The notes beneath the pieces were generated by a model that worked only from the letters and a program-made list of their open reading frames with translations, had not been told where the DNA came from and made no database searches. Both the position numbers and the translations under genes were made by a program. A stretch of 64,000 bases of DNA from assembly GCF_009914755.1 (NCBI RefSeq), contig NC_060927.1. One strand, written 5' to 3'. The stretch is from the human T2T-CHM13v2.0 reference genome, Homo sapiens. How positions within the stretch are numbered: position 1 is the stretch's first letter; each line of letters begins with the position of its first letter. Below, in pieces: positions 39,561 through 53,410 of the stretch.

Positions 39561-42467
39561 GGTTGGTGAAACATCTTATGTGCTGGGTATTGTAAATGGC
39601 ACAAAAAGGAATCAAACTCAGTTCCTCCAAGAAGTCAAGATTTAATGAAGCAACACCTAAGAATCAAATGACATGTCTGCTACAGGTGTTCACAAGAAGG
39701 TTATTGTTCTGATTTCCAGAAAACAGTGAAATTGTCCAAGTACAATGCTGGCTGTTTCCCAAGAATTCTCAATGAGGTAGAATTTGTTACTTTGGTGAAT
39801 TTACCATGCTCCAGAGTCTGTGGCTCAGCTTTGCAATTTCTAAAACTGGATTCTGTAAGCACATCAAGAGTGGCTCTGACCCTGCAGGACAGATTTGCAG
39901 TAGCCAAGCCCATGAGAGACAGAGTACCAACAGACTCATTTACAACAGGAGCCATTACTGTCATACATCCTAGAATACTCACATGGCACAATCAGAACAT
40001 TCTCTCCCTGTAGCAAGCCTATGTGGGAAGTCAATTTGTAACCAGAGGGTAGCTTGGTGGACACAGAATCATGGCATGAGGAAAGAGATTATTTGAATGT
40101 CTAATGGCATCAAGCTACAACAGAAGGTTGTATTCATTAATCATAATACTAATGTCCTTGACTATTTGCAAAATTCTGTAACTTTTTAATCTCTTCTGCC
40201 CTGGACTAGGCTGGGAAATGGTTGATCATTTTCTCTGACTCATTTTTTCCTATGATCCACCTCAATAATTGATGTTTTCTTCCTTAGACTTGTTTAATGC
40301 ATAATGAACCTGGCCTAAACTCTCTCTCTTCTCATCCAACATATGTTGACTTTGATGTTTTGACTCTGGGAAGTCCATTTCATTTCCACAGTTTCTCTAT
40401 CTAGGGGCAGAGGTAGGTGGACAGGACAGCGAGCACCACTCATCGTCAACCCTATTTACTGATAACAGATACAGTAAATTTGAACATGCTCTTTGCTTTT
40501 CCCCACTCAACATAGAAACATTTCTAGGTTGTCAATGTCCATCTTAAAAAGCCATACCTGGAAGTTAACACAATATTCCAGGTATGTTTTGAGGGGCCCA
40601 CAGAAACTGCAACCTGCCCACCCATTTTCCTCAGGTGCTTTACTTCCAGTAATGTACTCTAATAGAGAATTCGTTAAATAAGTCAGCAGCAATACTGCAT
40701 TGCTGATTTACCTTGAGCTTTAAACTAAATCTCTTAAATTGTCTTTTTAAATTAAACTAAATATCTCTAGCTTTTGGGTAGTATTGTTTATTTACTTCTA
40801 TTAAATTTCATTTTGCTTGCTTTGACCCATTATTACAGACTATCAAACATGTTAAAATTGGTTTATCACTGATCAGGAACTATGTAAATATCTGGGTACG
40901 TATGACAGAATGAATTTCTACAAAAAGTGATTGTTTTCTCGACCCTGTCCAGGTTATCTGTAATTCTAGTGTGATGTAAATGCACCAACCACATTTCTTC
41001 TTGATCCTTTTCTCTTTCTTCTTTTGGAGTTTTGTATGAGCCACTTTTCTTTTACATTGGTGACCACAGAAAGATTGAAACAATTAGCTAAAATGCTCAT
41101 CTCACATTGATCAATAAGCAGGACCATAAAAGTACTTGTTATTCCAAAAGTAAACAAGGTAGACCACAACTCTGCATATTGAATAATGCCCATTAAATTC
41201 AAATTAAAAGCTAACTTCATTATTTTACAAAATCACAAGATTATCCATTTTCCTTACTTTTTCAAGTACTGTGCTTATCTTGTGTCATTTAACGTATAAG
41301 CATTCTGCAACGTGGGAAAGAGACTATCAGTCAAAAATATTGAACACCTACCATATGCAGAAATTTGGGGGAATAAAAACTAAAGTAGACAAAAATCCTG
41401 CCTCCAAGGATCTAACACTCTCGTTTGAGGGAACAAAGGCTGGAATGAGAATATTTAACTAAATATTGATACACCTTGATACCCCTCTAACTGATCCCTG
41501 AAACACAGCTATACAAGCATCCCCCAGAAGTAAGGCAGAGAACATCTGCTTTACCAAACACATACAAACAAGTTGCCTTGATTTTATTTCCTATTTTATC
41601 TAATAAATCATTATTCCAGCGGGAAGAAAACGTCAATGTAGTTGTTTTCACTTTTAGAAATTCTTAAGAAGGCAACACAATCCATGTAAGCCACAGTTGG
41701 AGAAGCCACGGCTCTGGCACAAACCTGAGAAAAACCCTCCTTCAATTAAGAACACCTCCTCCCCCAGGCTTGACCCTCTGATCAGGCTTATCTAAAACAA
41801 GGCAGGCTGCCTATTACACTCACCAACATATCCAAGCTCCTTGGGGAGCCAACTAGCCAAAAAGTGCTTATCACATCGACTCCTGCAAGAACAGTGGGTA
41901 GAATCTTGCCTTATATCCTACAAAAAAGACAACTCAAAAGGTTCTTCTCAGAACAAAATGATAGGTTACTCTCAGAATAAATTCCATTTTACATGCTAGA
42001 ATGGATAGACTGCTTGCAACCTTCAGAATGACCATTGTAGTCTTTCAATCGTCTACACATTCTACCTCTACCAGGCACCCTCTGCGTGTATTGGTATCTC
42101 CTCTGGCAGGAGTGCGGAGAATGGATTGTGCAGGGTATCCTAAAGGCCAAAACCAGTGAGGGAGCCATTGCCATCAAGGGCATCCAGGAAAAAGATGTCT
42201 ATTGTGTCCATGCCCATAGAGTTGGAGAGGAAAAATAGAGAAATACCACTGAGCAAAAAGAAATAGGACTTGATCATGTATTGGATGTGGTGAATCACCA
42301 TAGGAAAAAAATCAAAGGGTGGTGTCCAGATTTCAGGCTTGGGTGACTGGGTGAGTGGAGTTCCTGCTTGCTGTGGCAAAGAGAAAGTCTAAATGAAAAG
42401 AAAACACATTCAATTTTGATACCATTGTGTTTAAAGATTCTGTGGAATATAAGAGTAAATTTGTCCC

Positions 42468-43448
42468 TGTCTTAAATTGGGTCCTCCAAAACATATTGTG
42501 AGTCAAGATGTCATGTGCAAGTTATTTATTTAAAAATTGCTCCCAGGGGAGATTAGTCAGAAAGTGGGCAAAGCAAGACAAGGAAGAGGAGCAAGCCAAA
42601 CTAGGCCTTGATCTGAAGCAAAAACTCCACAGAGCACAAGCTTTACTCTGATCCATGGGGGAATTCTGATGGGGGAAGATGCATCTCACCACTCTCCACC
42701 TATGGAGCCATGGATGTGAGCAGCTCAGAATGCCCCTCAAGAGAAAACCTTCACAAGGTACGATTAGCTATTATCACTTAGCTGTTTGTGCTTTCAGCCT
42801 CAGCTTTTAGCTTAGACCACATGCCTCCCAGAGCCTCTAGTGAGCAGCTTAGCACAGGGGCAGTGTAATGTCTTACCACTTCTGGCTCTCTACATGCAGT
42901 CTTTGCACAGGAACACCCCATTGGACTGACAGACTTTCTTAGAGCTGTACTGCGGTCTGAGGCTTATTCTTTCTCACCCTCCTTCCTTCATCCTCTCCTT
43001 TACAGGAATCAACTCATCATCGTGGTCTAAAAGCTTTCTCTGCCTACTCTTGCTCCCTCTCCCCTTAACCTTTCACAGGCCTTACCTTCAGTAAGATAGT
43101 AATAAGGTAACTTCAAACTCCATCTTGGCATCTGCTTTCTGGCAGACCCAACACAACCCTGAATACAAGGGAGCTGGTCTGTCATACCTTGTACATAACA
43201 GTCACTGGCTAATAGCTAACAATAGGACAGATGGGGAAGTTGGGGGGTGGCACATAGGCTCCCAGAAATCTATAACTCTCCAGGCACACAGGCAAAAGTG
43301 CTCCAGTAATCCAGTAATCCAAGGACAGACTTCTGAAAAAGAGCTGAAAAGGCAGGCCTCAAGGCTGAGGAGGAAAATAACCAGGAATACTAAAAGAGAC
43401 CCAGGACCCAGGGGTACCTAGGCAGTGCACCAGCACTGTCTGCCCCAT
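42468..43448 (-). mobile_element. LTR16-like ERVL LTR (outer element)
   Basis: tgtcttaaattgggtcctcc...tgcaagttatttattt...ctctgatccatgggggaattctg; far end gcaccagcactgtctgcccca. Confidence 0.55.
42770..43160 (+). mobile_element. LTR16-like ERVL LTR (inner element, opposite orientation)
   Basis: ctgtactgcggtctgaggctt...ctccatcttggcatctgctttctggcagaccca. Confidence 0.6.
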
Positions 43449-44799
43449 CTAGTAAGGGAGCTGGATATCCATGTAGATCTGGAACACAGGAGAGAGATCT
43501 GGGCTAAGGATTGGAAGATAATGGTGTGTGGTTGTCAGGTTAAGACTAGGAGATAAGGTAACCGAAATGGAATACATAAAGAGTGTTAAGGGAAGAGAGA
43601 AAACAGCCAAGGGAAGAACCAGAAAGTAGACCACCATTTGAGGGAAGACAGAGGAGAGAAGACATTAGTGCAAAGGGGAAAGGTAGAAAGGCAAAAGGAA
43701 AACCAGAAGAGAGTGTCATCGAAAAAGCCAAGAGGAGAGAGAAATCCAAAAATAAGGAAGTCGTAGGCAATGAAAAATACTTCCAAGGCCAAGCAAGGCC
43801 ATGAGAGAAATGAGTTCAGTGGAGAGCATGGGGAGGTGGGAGGAGGAGAGGGTTGAACGGGGAATGAGGTAGGGACCCAAAGTCTCCAATACTCTTTCAA
43901 GAATCTTGTCACTGGATTGAAGAAGAAAAACAAGGCTACAGGGAAGGGGACTGTAGATCCTTCTCAGGTCCTTTGGGGTTAGAGGAACATAATGGGCTTG
44001 TGAGAATTTCAAACAATAACGGTAAGCTTCATATGGAGAAGCAAATTCCCATGACAACTCTGTCCCTGTACCAGCAGTGTCTGTCAGAAGAAATGACTCT
44101 GCTAATTGTGTGCCTTCACAGTCATTGCACTTTGTCCTACAAAGCCATTATCGCTAATATTCTGATGCTTTTTACTACTTTTACCCACTGGACTGGTCCA
44201 AGATAAAACAATTGTTCACCACTGTTCATTTTCCTTCATCTTGTCTAGAAGCTTGTGTCTACTTGCTGACAGAAACAAAAATGGAAAGCCACGAGAACTA
44301 AATACGTATTTCTTCCCATTTGGTTTCTTTGGGAAGCAGAAAAGATTTGAAAATTTTAGAAACATTATGTTTCTTTAAGAAGCTCCCTCCCAAAAATAGG
44401 CTTTGTTATTCCAGAGGGTCATGGAGAAACTGATTTTTCTGGAGATCTTGGTCCAGAAGTAAGTTCATAAAACAGGGAAGAGGCAAACCACTTCTTCCGC
44501 TAGATCCCACTAAACAAATGAGCTGAATCTGCCCATGGCCCAGGTTTTTTTCAGAAACTGGCTACCAAGCCAGCACTGAGGAAGGAGGCTGCAAGAGCTT
44601 CCTGAAAGGAACAGAAATAGAAAGTGGAAGACTGAAATTGTCTATCCCAGGCACACTCCTCTCTACTCCCAGCCTCAACTTCCCTTCTCTGAAAGTGACA
44701 GGAAAGAGTGTTGGCCTTACCCTTGACAGAAAGTTAGGGTGAGGCAGCTGCACACCTCTGCCCTGATGTCATGCACATCTGCCTGACATTCAGGCAGGA

Positions 44800-45055
44800 A
44801 ATAGCATCATGATTGAGAGCATGACCCTGGGGTCAGGCTGACCTTGTTTAGAGCCCTGTCTCTACCACCTGTTATATAAACTTCAGTGAGTTTCTTTCCA
44901 ACTCTAAATCTTAGTTTCCTATTTCTTAAATAAGGACAATAATGCCTACCTTAACAGATGGTCATGAGGACTAAGCAAAATACTGCCTGGAATATGTTTA
45001 GCACAGTGCTAGACACATAACAACTGTTCAACCAATGGTAGCTAATAGTATTATT
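44800..45055 (+). mobile_element. MIR
   Basis: gagagcatgaccctggggtcagg...tcttagtttcct...gtttagcacagtgc. Confidence 0.75.
44822..44844. promoter_or_regulatory. Perfect ERE motif inside a MIR, with an extra everted half-site
   Basis: TGACCC-tg-GGGTCA-ggc-TGACCT; ERE at 44830-44844. Motif only. Confidence 0.4.
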
Positions 45056-45109
45056 ATAGAAACTGCTACTTATATGTATTGAACATTGCCTCATCATCTT
45101 TCCCTTTTA

Positions 45110-45480
45110 TGCTGGATAATCTCCATTTGCACACACACCCCCAAATCTACTCCCTGCCCTTGTCTGTGCCCTAGGAGTTGACCCCAGTGGACAACTTTAC
45201 CCAGGCTTCCCTGTTATCTTACTTACACCAAGATTCTGCTAAAGGAACATACCAGCAGCCTGGTTCTAGCTGTGGCGGGCCCCCTCTTTTAGGTAGCACC
45301 CCTTCCATAGCTCTAGCTCTCAGTGGTCCAAGTAACACTGTTCACGGCCTCTCTCTGGATTTCCTGTATGGGGGAGGGGAGTGGGGAAAGAGAGAGAGAG
45401 AGAGAATGTTCTATCTTGTTTAAGCTATGGTTAATTTGTATTTCTTGTCACTAGGACCTGAAACTAATCCTACTTAACAT
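45110..45480 (+). mobile_element. LTR33-like ERVL LTR
   Basis: ctccatttgc...aaatctactcc...ctgtgccctaggag...ccaggcttccc; ends ctaggacctgaaactaat. Confidence 0.6.
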
Positions 45481-46929
45481 ACCCACCTCCATTTTCCTGT
45501 TCTTGGAGATGGAAGATACACAGAATGGGACTTGGCTATTCTGGTAAAGAACTCTGATGGAAGGATTTCAGGGAGAGAAGCTAGAGATTAGATATCTGGC
45601 TTTTGTTCAACAATAAAACAAGAGGTCTGGGCCCTGCCATTTTGACAGGAGGTAATTTGCCCAATGTCATTTGCTTCCATTGCTTTGTACTTGTAGATGT
45701 TTGGGCCCCTGTGTGCGTTCACTCAGCAAAGATGTCTCAGACTGCAGTCATTTCACCTTGGGCCTCTCTCTGTCAGTCTCCATTTGCCATTGTTCTCTCT
45801 CTACCCCAAAAGTGCTCACAATTTTATCAGGAATTAGCTAGGAGATAAATGCAAACCATCAGTCTTTTATTCAAATTTATAATAAACAATGAATGTTGAG
45901 GGTTGAAAATAAACACAAAACTGACAATGACTAAAAATGTAAAAGCGAAGTCAACATTGAATAAAAACAGCGAAAGAACCAAATCATCACAAAATTTAGA
46001 CCTGCAAAAGTAGGCTCACAAAATGAACTGAGAAATAATGTCCATCAAAAAAAAGTCAGAAGATAAAAATCAGTACAATTGTATATAGACAGAAAACTAA
46101 TTGAAGAATCAAATCTGTAAAATTTAAGTGGAAAAGAACTTAGGCCAATGCAAATAATTTCAGCAAAATAAAAATGTAAATTGAACAAAATAGGTATGCT
46201 GTGACTACATCATATGGAAGATTGATGGAGAGATTTCCATTGGGTTGAAGTGCCTTTCAGGAATCGTGTCCTCAGTGAAAGTTCATCAATGTTATGGTTC
46301 AGATTAAAATATGTATATGTATAAAAGTGTCCTTTGCATCAAAATAGTAGGACCAAAGTGGAGGGGGATCCAAATATCCTGTGCCCCTAACACAATCCTG
46401 AATATATGACCTCCAGAAAGTTCTGGTTGCTGCCATATTTCCAGAAATTCTATTTTCCCAAGACATAGGTATATTCTATTTGTTTTAATAGCATAGCTAC
46501 ACTTTTTCATAGAACCACACACAAGCTTTGTGAAATCACAAGCCAGCCTCCTAGAGTCTGTAGCTTTATTTTTATTTTTTAATTCATACTCTCAAAGAAT
46601 CATTGAGCTGGAAGGGACTTTGAGAGATCATCTGGTATAAACTATCCAGGACAGATGGTATTCTGTCCCCTCTTTGTTCTCCCTGGAGCATGAGAGAGAT
46701 GGAGGAGAATGAATAAGAAATGAACACTGTTGGCAGGGAAAAACAAATGCTCTATATTTGAAATAATGAAAAAAGGGAAAATTCCAAACTGCTATTTATA
46801 ATGTCACCATCAAATTAATTTACTTGTGCTAATTATTTTGACTGGCCTACACATTTTTTAGAAATAGCACAGAATATCAAAAACTACAAAATAAAATTGT
46901 TGTAGAAGTTACGTATTCACAAAATTTAT

Positions 46930-47820
46930 TTTATTTAAAATACTAGGTAGTGAGAAAAGATGTAGAGTGGGTATAGAGAAGTCACCTGATACACCTGTGG
47001 TACAGCTATAAACTTCCACAATATTTGGGGAAGATTAATTGGCAGTATTAGGAGCTTAAATGTATATATCCTTTGAACACTCCCCCCATGAAGTCCAATT
47101 CTGAGAAAAATAAAAGTGCAAAGTGCTAGTGCATAGGAATTTATGTACAAAGCTGTTTATTGCATTGTTGTTTATAACAGCAAAAAAGTGGAACCTGTCT
47201 ACATGTTCATGACAAGAGAGTAGTGGGACAAAGTATGATACATTCAGGTGACTGAAAGTCATGCAGCCATTTGCAAGAGTATCTTCAATCTATCTTTATT
47301 GCACTGGAACGAGGTCAATGATATTTTGTTAGGTATGTGAAAAATTTATGGGAAACATGTGGTACTGTCTTCCTTACATAAACCAACCAGAAAAGCTGAG
47401 TGTGAGTGACAGCATAGCTTAGTAATCAGAACTACCATTTGAATGTTGTGTCTGCTACACACTGGCAGTGTGACCTTAGGCAAATCATGTTACCTCTCTG
47501 TGACTCATCTTTCTAATCTATACAGTAAGATGAATACCTGTACCGTCTCATAGGATCATATGAATAGTATACTATATGTAAAGTCCTTAAAAAACCTGAC
47601 ATATCCTAAGCATTACATAAGTGTTATTTGCTATCATTTTATTATTACTTATGTTTATACAAGCAAAAGGGAAAATATACAATTCATTACCTAAATATCT
47701 AGCATCAGTTATTTGAAATGAGTAGAATTAGAGGAGGAAGCAAAACTTATGAATTTAGTATAGATACTTTGCTTTTGCTTGAACTCTTGCAACAAATGTG
47801 TGTTACTTTTGCAATTCAGA
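46930..47820 (+). mobile_element. L1ME-type 3' region, interrupted by a MIR at about 47405-47640
   Basis: gtttattgcattgttgtttataacagcaaaaaagtggaac...catgcagccatt. Confidence 0.65.
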
Positions 47821-48341
47821 TGACTGAAACTTAAGAGAAACAGCAAGGAAGTTTTTTTTAGTAAAGTTTATCAGGTAAATTTAGAAGTGTCCCCATGCAC
47901 TTGAATCTCCCATAGATGAGCAGTGTGGACAGCAAAGCTCCTGGAAGCCTTTTTATGACAAAGACTGTGTCTATCCTTCTCCCATTTGTAAAAGCACAAC
48001 ATCTTAAGCAGTTTTACTACCATTATTACTAACAATATAGTTGTTTGGTTATTGCCTCAATCACATTAAAATGCATTTTTGTTTCTATAAGTGCACCAAA
48101 GGTTTGGTAATTTCCATTAGCACCTCTGTAGAGAGCAGTTGCAAGATAAAAGGCAAATTGTATAATTATGAAAGCATTACACCCAACTTTTCTTATCATT
48201 TCTATTACTTTTTAGTAAGCAAACTTTTTTTACTGAAAAGTCTAGCATCAAGTAAGTTTGGAAGCCTAAAGCATTTTATTGTTGAACTACTCAAAATATT
48301 ACCATAAGTATAGCAAAATTATACATTGCAATTTAACTTTA

Positions 48342-48686
<345 letters not shown>

Positions 48687-49019
48687 TCAGGCTACCAACT
48701 TCATTAGGATTTGTTAGAACACCTTCAATATTTCTTTTTCAACATTATTGGAGGAAAAATTATATTTTTTATCTTTAGTAAGGCATTTTTTGCTACACTT
48801 ATTATTTCTTGGTAAGGTAGTGATTGGTGGTTTTTTAACATATTTAATGTAGTGTTAGACACCGTTAAGAAGTACATAAAGTAGAAGGGAATAAAACCAA
48901 CAGTCACTACAAATTTTCAGGTTTTGAAAAATTATCTTTACCTAAGCCAATAGGGGACCCAGACCTGCCCTGTGTTTTCCTTGGGTACCTACTCTGCCAG
49001 GTGGTAAGCTGGGGTGGTC

Positions 49020-49300
49020 CCTGGCCCAGTGGAGCTCATGTCCTAATGGGAGACAAACAAGGAAGCGGATATGTAAACAAGACAATTACAGCCAATAAGT
49101 GCCATGAAGGACATACTAAGAGTGATTATAAAGGAAAGTGACCTCACAGATAAGATGGGTGGGGAGGGGTGTGCAATGACGACTGTTGAAATGACATCTG
49201 AGCTGAAACCAGAAGGGCAGGAGTGAAAAAAGCCACATAAGAGGGTGAGGCATTGGAGGCACAATGAGAAAAACAAGGATGAGGTGATCTTTAAAATTGA
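49020..49300 (-). mobile_element. L2
   Basis: ggagctcatgtcctaatgggagac...tgacatctgagctgaaacc. Confidence 0.7.
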
Positions 49301-49360
49301 CCATTTAGGACTAGTTTGTAATGATAAATTATTCTCACTTCTTTAAAAATGATCTATTTC

Positions 49361-50460
49361 TTCAGCAACATGGATAAAACTGGAGATCACTGTGTTAAAT
49401 AAAATAAGCCAAGCACAAAAAGACAAAAATTGTGTGTTCTCAGTCATCTCTGGGAGCTAAAAAAGTGGATCTTATAAAATTTGAGAGTAGATTGGTGGTC
49501 GACAGAGGCCAGGGCAGGTATGGCGAAGGAGGGGATGAAGAGTTTGATCAAGGGTACAAATATACAGTTTGAGAGGAAATAAGATCTACTGTTTGGATGC
49601 TGGCAAGGCTGTGGAGAAATAGGAACACTTTTACACTGTTGGTGGGAGTATAAATTAGTTTAACCATTGTGGAAGACAGTGTGGTGATTCCTCAAGGATC
49701 TAGAACCAGAAATACCATTTGACCCAGGAATCCCATTACTGGGAATATACACAAAGGATTATAAATCATTCTACTATAAAGACCCATATACACCTATGTT
49801 TATTGCAGCACTATTTACAATAGCAAAGACTTGGAACCAACCCAAATGCTTATCAATGATATACTAAATAAAGAAAATGTGGCACATATATACCATGGAA
49901 TACTATACAGCCATAAAAATAATGAGTTCATGTCCTTTGCAGAGACATGGATGAAGCTGGAAGCCATCATTCTCAGCATACTAACACAGGAACAGAAAAC
50001 CAAATACCTCATGTTCTCACTTATAAGTGGGAGTTGAACAATGAGAACACATGGACCCAGGGAGGGGAACATCACATACAGGGGCCTGTTGGGGGGTGGG
50101 GGGTAAGGGAAGGGAGAGCATTAGGACAAATACCTAATGCATGAAGGGCTTAAAACCTAGATGACAGGTTGATAGGTGCGGCAAACCACCATGGCACATG
50201 TATACCTATGTAACAAACCTGCACATTCTGCACATGTATCCCGGAACTTAAAGTAAAAAAAAAAAAAAAAAAGATTTGATAGATCAGTAGGTGAATCTAG
50301 TTTACATTCATCTACTGTATATTTCAAAAGAGGTAGAAGAGAATAAATTGAAGGTTTCTAGCATAAATACAAATATTTAAGGTGATGGATATCCCAATTA
50401 CACCCATCTCATCTTTACAAATTATATGACTGTATTAAATTATCTCATGTACCCCCTAAA
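49361..50460 (+). mobile_element. L1MA 3' end split by an L1PA insertion
   Basis: gcaacatggataaaactggagatc...ctactgtttg | gatagatcagtagg...ggtgatggatatcccaattac...tgtacccc. Confidence 0.8.
49596..50272 (+). mobile_element. L1PA (L1PA7/8-like) 3' end nested in L1MA
   Basis: gatgctggcaaggctgtggagaaataggaac...cttaaagt plus an 18-nt A tail. Confidence 0.93.
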
Positions 50461-51307
50461 AATGATCAGTTTAAGAGTCTAGTCTCAGATTTTGCTATCT
50501 AAAATATACTATCATACATTCTGGGGTAAATTGCCTTTAATACTTGATGTCCTGCTTTTTATCTTTTTAAATACAGATTTTTTTCTTTTAATTGCTTACT
50601 TACAAATAATTAGGAAGATATTCACATGCAAATCGCATAAAGATGTCAGAGAAACTCCCTAGTCCAGCTTCCTCCAAGAGTATCTTCCTCCAAGATACTC
50701 TTCTGAGTTGTAGAATTTTAACATTAATAAAAAATGAACCACTTTTTACTCTGGCACCATGCTCTTTCCCCCTTGCAACCTCACTCATTCTCTCTCCTAT
50801 TCATCACTAGTTCATTTTTCCCAACTCTCTATCAGATTTGGCACTCACTTTTTATTTACCGTTTGACTCTGCAGACCCATTTAATTTGCTGAGTCACCTT
50901 GGACTTCAGTTTCTGCACCTATAAAATTATGTGGCTGGCCTAGATTATCTATAAAGTCTTTTTCAAGTCTAACATTTTTCTGGTCTACAATTCACTATCT
51001 ACAAACCCCCCACTTATATATATTATCAGTCATCTCTCCACCTCCTTACTCCCTGAGTGTGTTGGCCTGCATATGTCTGGTGCCTATAATTTGAGGATAT
51101 GAGTCTGTGTGAAGAAGGTGATGAAAGCAGGTGGAAGGAGGGTGTTGAGTGTATGTGAGCTCCACAGAGGTGGCAGGACAGCAGGGAGTCAGTAGGGGCC
51201 CATGGGGAATTGGGGTCAGCATGGATGGAGCTACGGGACACTTCAATTTCAATTACTACCTCCTTGAAAAATGAAGCTACTTTACAACATGATCTATGAC
51301 TTTAAGT

Positions 51308-51330
51308 AAAAAAAAAAAAAAAAAAAAAAA
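51308..51330 (+). repeat. Poly-A tract (A23)
   Basis: Read directly. Confidence 0.9.
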
Positions 51331-51544
51331 TCCTCACAAACCATGCGAAGACAATCTGTACACATTCAAAGTGACATACTGATTTGTCACCAGCTGGTTG
51401 ACAGTAAGCAGTGCTGACCAGAAGTGATAGGACTGGCTACCCTGAGGCCCTTCATGTCACCTTAGTGTCTGCTGCCCACGAACTGCCTCCCTTCATAAAG
51501 CAGGAAGGCTGTGCTGCCAGTCACTTACTGTCCCTATTGAGCAC

Positions 51545-51730
51545 AGTACAGTATAGTCATTAAGAAGATGAGTTCTGGGTTCAACTCCCAGCTCTACCAT
51601 TTATTTGTTGTATGACCTTAACTAAGTCACTTGAATTCTCTAAACTTACTTCATAGGTTTTATGAAAATTGAATATAAAATATCTGGCATATAGCAAGTG
51701 TTTAATATGCTACCAGTTACTACTGTTGTA
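51545..51730 (+). mobile_element. MIR
   Basis: ctgggttcaactcccagctctacc...tgaccttaactaagtcactt. Confidence 0.75.
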
Positions 51731-51867
51731 TAGTTGATAAGACTTTGGTGTTAATTAACTTGCATTTGCATCTGTAAGTATGAAATGAAAGCCTGTGAAC
51801 AATTTTCAGATGTCAACAAGTAGGTGGAAAGACATTTTGGGGCAGAAGATTCTGAAGCATGCGACAA

Positions 51868-51887
51868 TGGTAGCAGTAGTAGTAGTG

Positions 51888-51919
<32 letters not shown>

Positions 51920-51926
51920 GATGATA
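51868..51926. repeat. (GTA)n/(GAT)n trinucleotide repeat
   Basis: gtagtagtagtgatgatgatgatgatgatggtgatgatgatg. Confidence 0.9.
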
Positions 51927-52112
51927 GCTACCACTTATTAAGAACTAACAAGGGGCCAGGCACTATGAGGCTGGCTGGAATGCTTAGCTCTCTCGGGTAG
52001 GACAACACTTAAGTCCCTGGTCCTTCTCAGTGCTGGGTGATGAATCAGAAGCTGGAGATAGGAATGTTACCAAGAGAGAAGGGGACATAGAACCAATGAG
52101 AAAGAAACAGCA

Positions 52113-52459
<347 letters not shown>

Positions 52460-52669
52460 CTAGTTCTTCAAGGATGAATGAGAGTTTTCCAGAAGGAAAG
52501 ATGGGGTAACAGTATTTCCAGCAAAGAGAACAGCAGTCCCAAGGCAAAAAGCTGTGGATGGCCTGGCTGTTCAGGGAAGAACAGATGTTTCATTGTGTGG
52601 CATAGACTTCAGAGACCTGAGGACAGATCTGGTAAGAAGAATCTTCTATGGTAAGCAAATTGGAAGGGG

Positions 52670-52910
52670 ATGGAATTTACATTAAATGAGTACCTACGAT
52701 CTGTCAGGTGCTCTGGGTACTTCATATACATGAACTCAGTAATCCCCAAACATCCTATGAGTAGGAATCATTCTCTCTCTCTTACAGATAGGGAATCCAA
52801 GTTCAATAAAGGTTGACATTTCCAGAATCTCACAGTTACTTAGTGCAGAACTGGTGTTACACCCTTTGGTGTTCCTGACTCCTAAGCCCATGTTCTTCTT
52901 GCTGCCCCCA
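52670..52910 (-). mobile_element. MIR
   Basis: tgagtacctac...cctatgagtagg...ttacagataggg. Confidence 0.7.
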
Positions 52911-52971
52911 CAACCTCCTCTTGTACCTTAGAGAGTTCTCGAAGAAAGGCGAGCCCACTTGGCTTCTCCTG

Positions 52972-53001
52972 TTAGTCAGTTGCCAGGTGGCAACTGACTA
53001 A
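52972..53001. repeat. 30-bp inverted repeat (14-bp perfect arms, 2-nt spacer)
   Basis: ttagtcagttgcca-gg-tggcaactgactaa. Confidence 0.95.
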
Positions 53002-53074
53002 TCTATTGATAATAATGTTAGTAATGTTAGACATCCTATACAACGGCATGGTGTTCTGTAGATTACAAATCATT

Positions 53075-53410
53075 TTTGGTGTGTGGCTTTGGGCAAGTTA
53101 TTCATCTACTCTGTGCCTCGGTTTTCTCATCTGAATTACGTGGTACCCACCTTATATGGTTTCCATGAGAAAAAATTAAGTCATAGGAATAAAGTGCTTA
53201 GAAAGCCCCCGAACATAGTTCTGTAAATGTTGGTTCCAGAGTTGCCACTAGTTTCAGCAGCTCATTCAGGTTTTATATATAAGGTACTTTCTCCATTTTA
53301 CAGGTGAAAAAACAGGCTCAGAGAAGTTTGTAAACTGCCCAGACACACTGCTTCAGAGTGACAAGGGAAGGATTCCAAGCCAGGTCTTCTGACTCCCCTC
53401 CACCCATCCT
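53075..53410. mobile_element. Two MIRs in opposite orientations (about 53075-53235 + and 53280-53410 -)
   Basis: tgggcaagttattc...ctctgtgcctcggttttctcatctg; ccattttacaggtgaaaaaacaggctcagaga. Confidence 0.7.

Larger units (their letters stand above)
42100..43810 (-). mobile_element. L2 host element, split by LTR16 insertions
   Basis: tccagatttcaggcttgggtgactgggtgag (near 42330); resumes gagctggatatccatgtagatctggaacacaggagagagatctgggct (near 43460). Confidence 0.65.

Noticed and set aside
39701-40013. Antiparallel 95-96 aa ORFs
   Set aside because: No recognisable homology, and no convincing splice sites bounding either frame
40676-40712. Hairpin containing cagcagcaat (miR-15/16/424-like 5' end)
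   Set aside because: The stem is only about 9 bp and the rest does not match a mature miRNA; not pre-miRNA geometry
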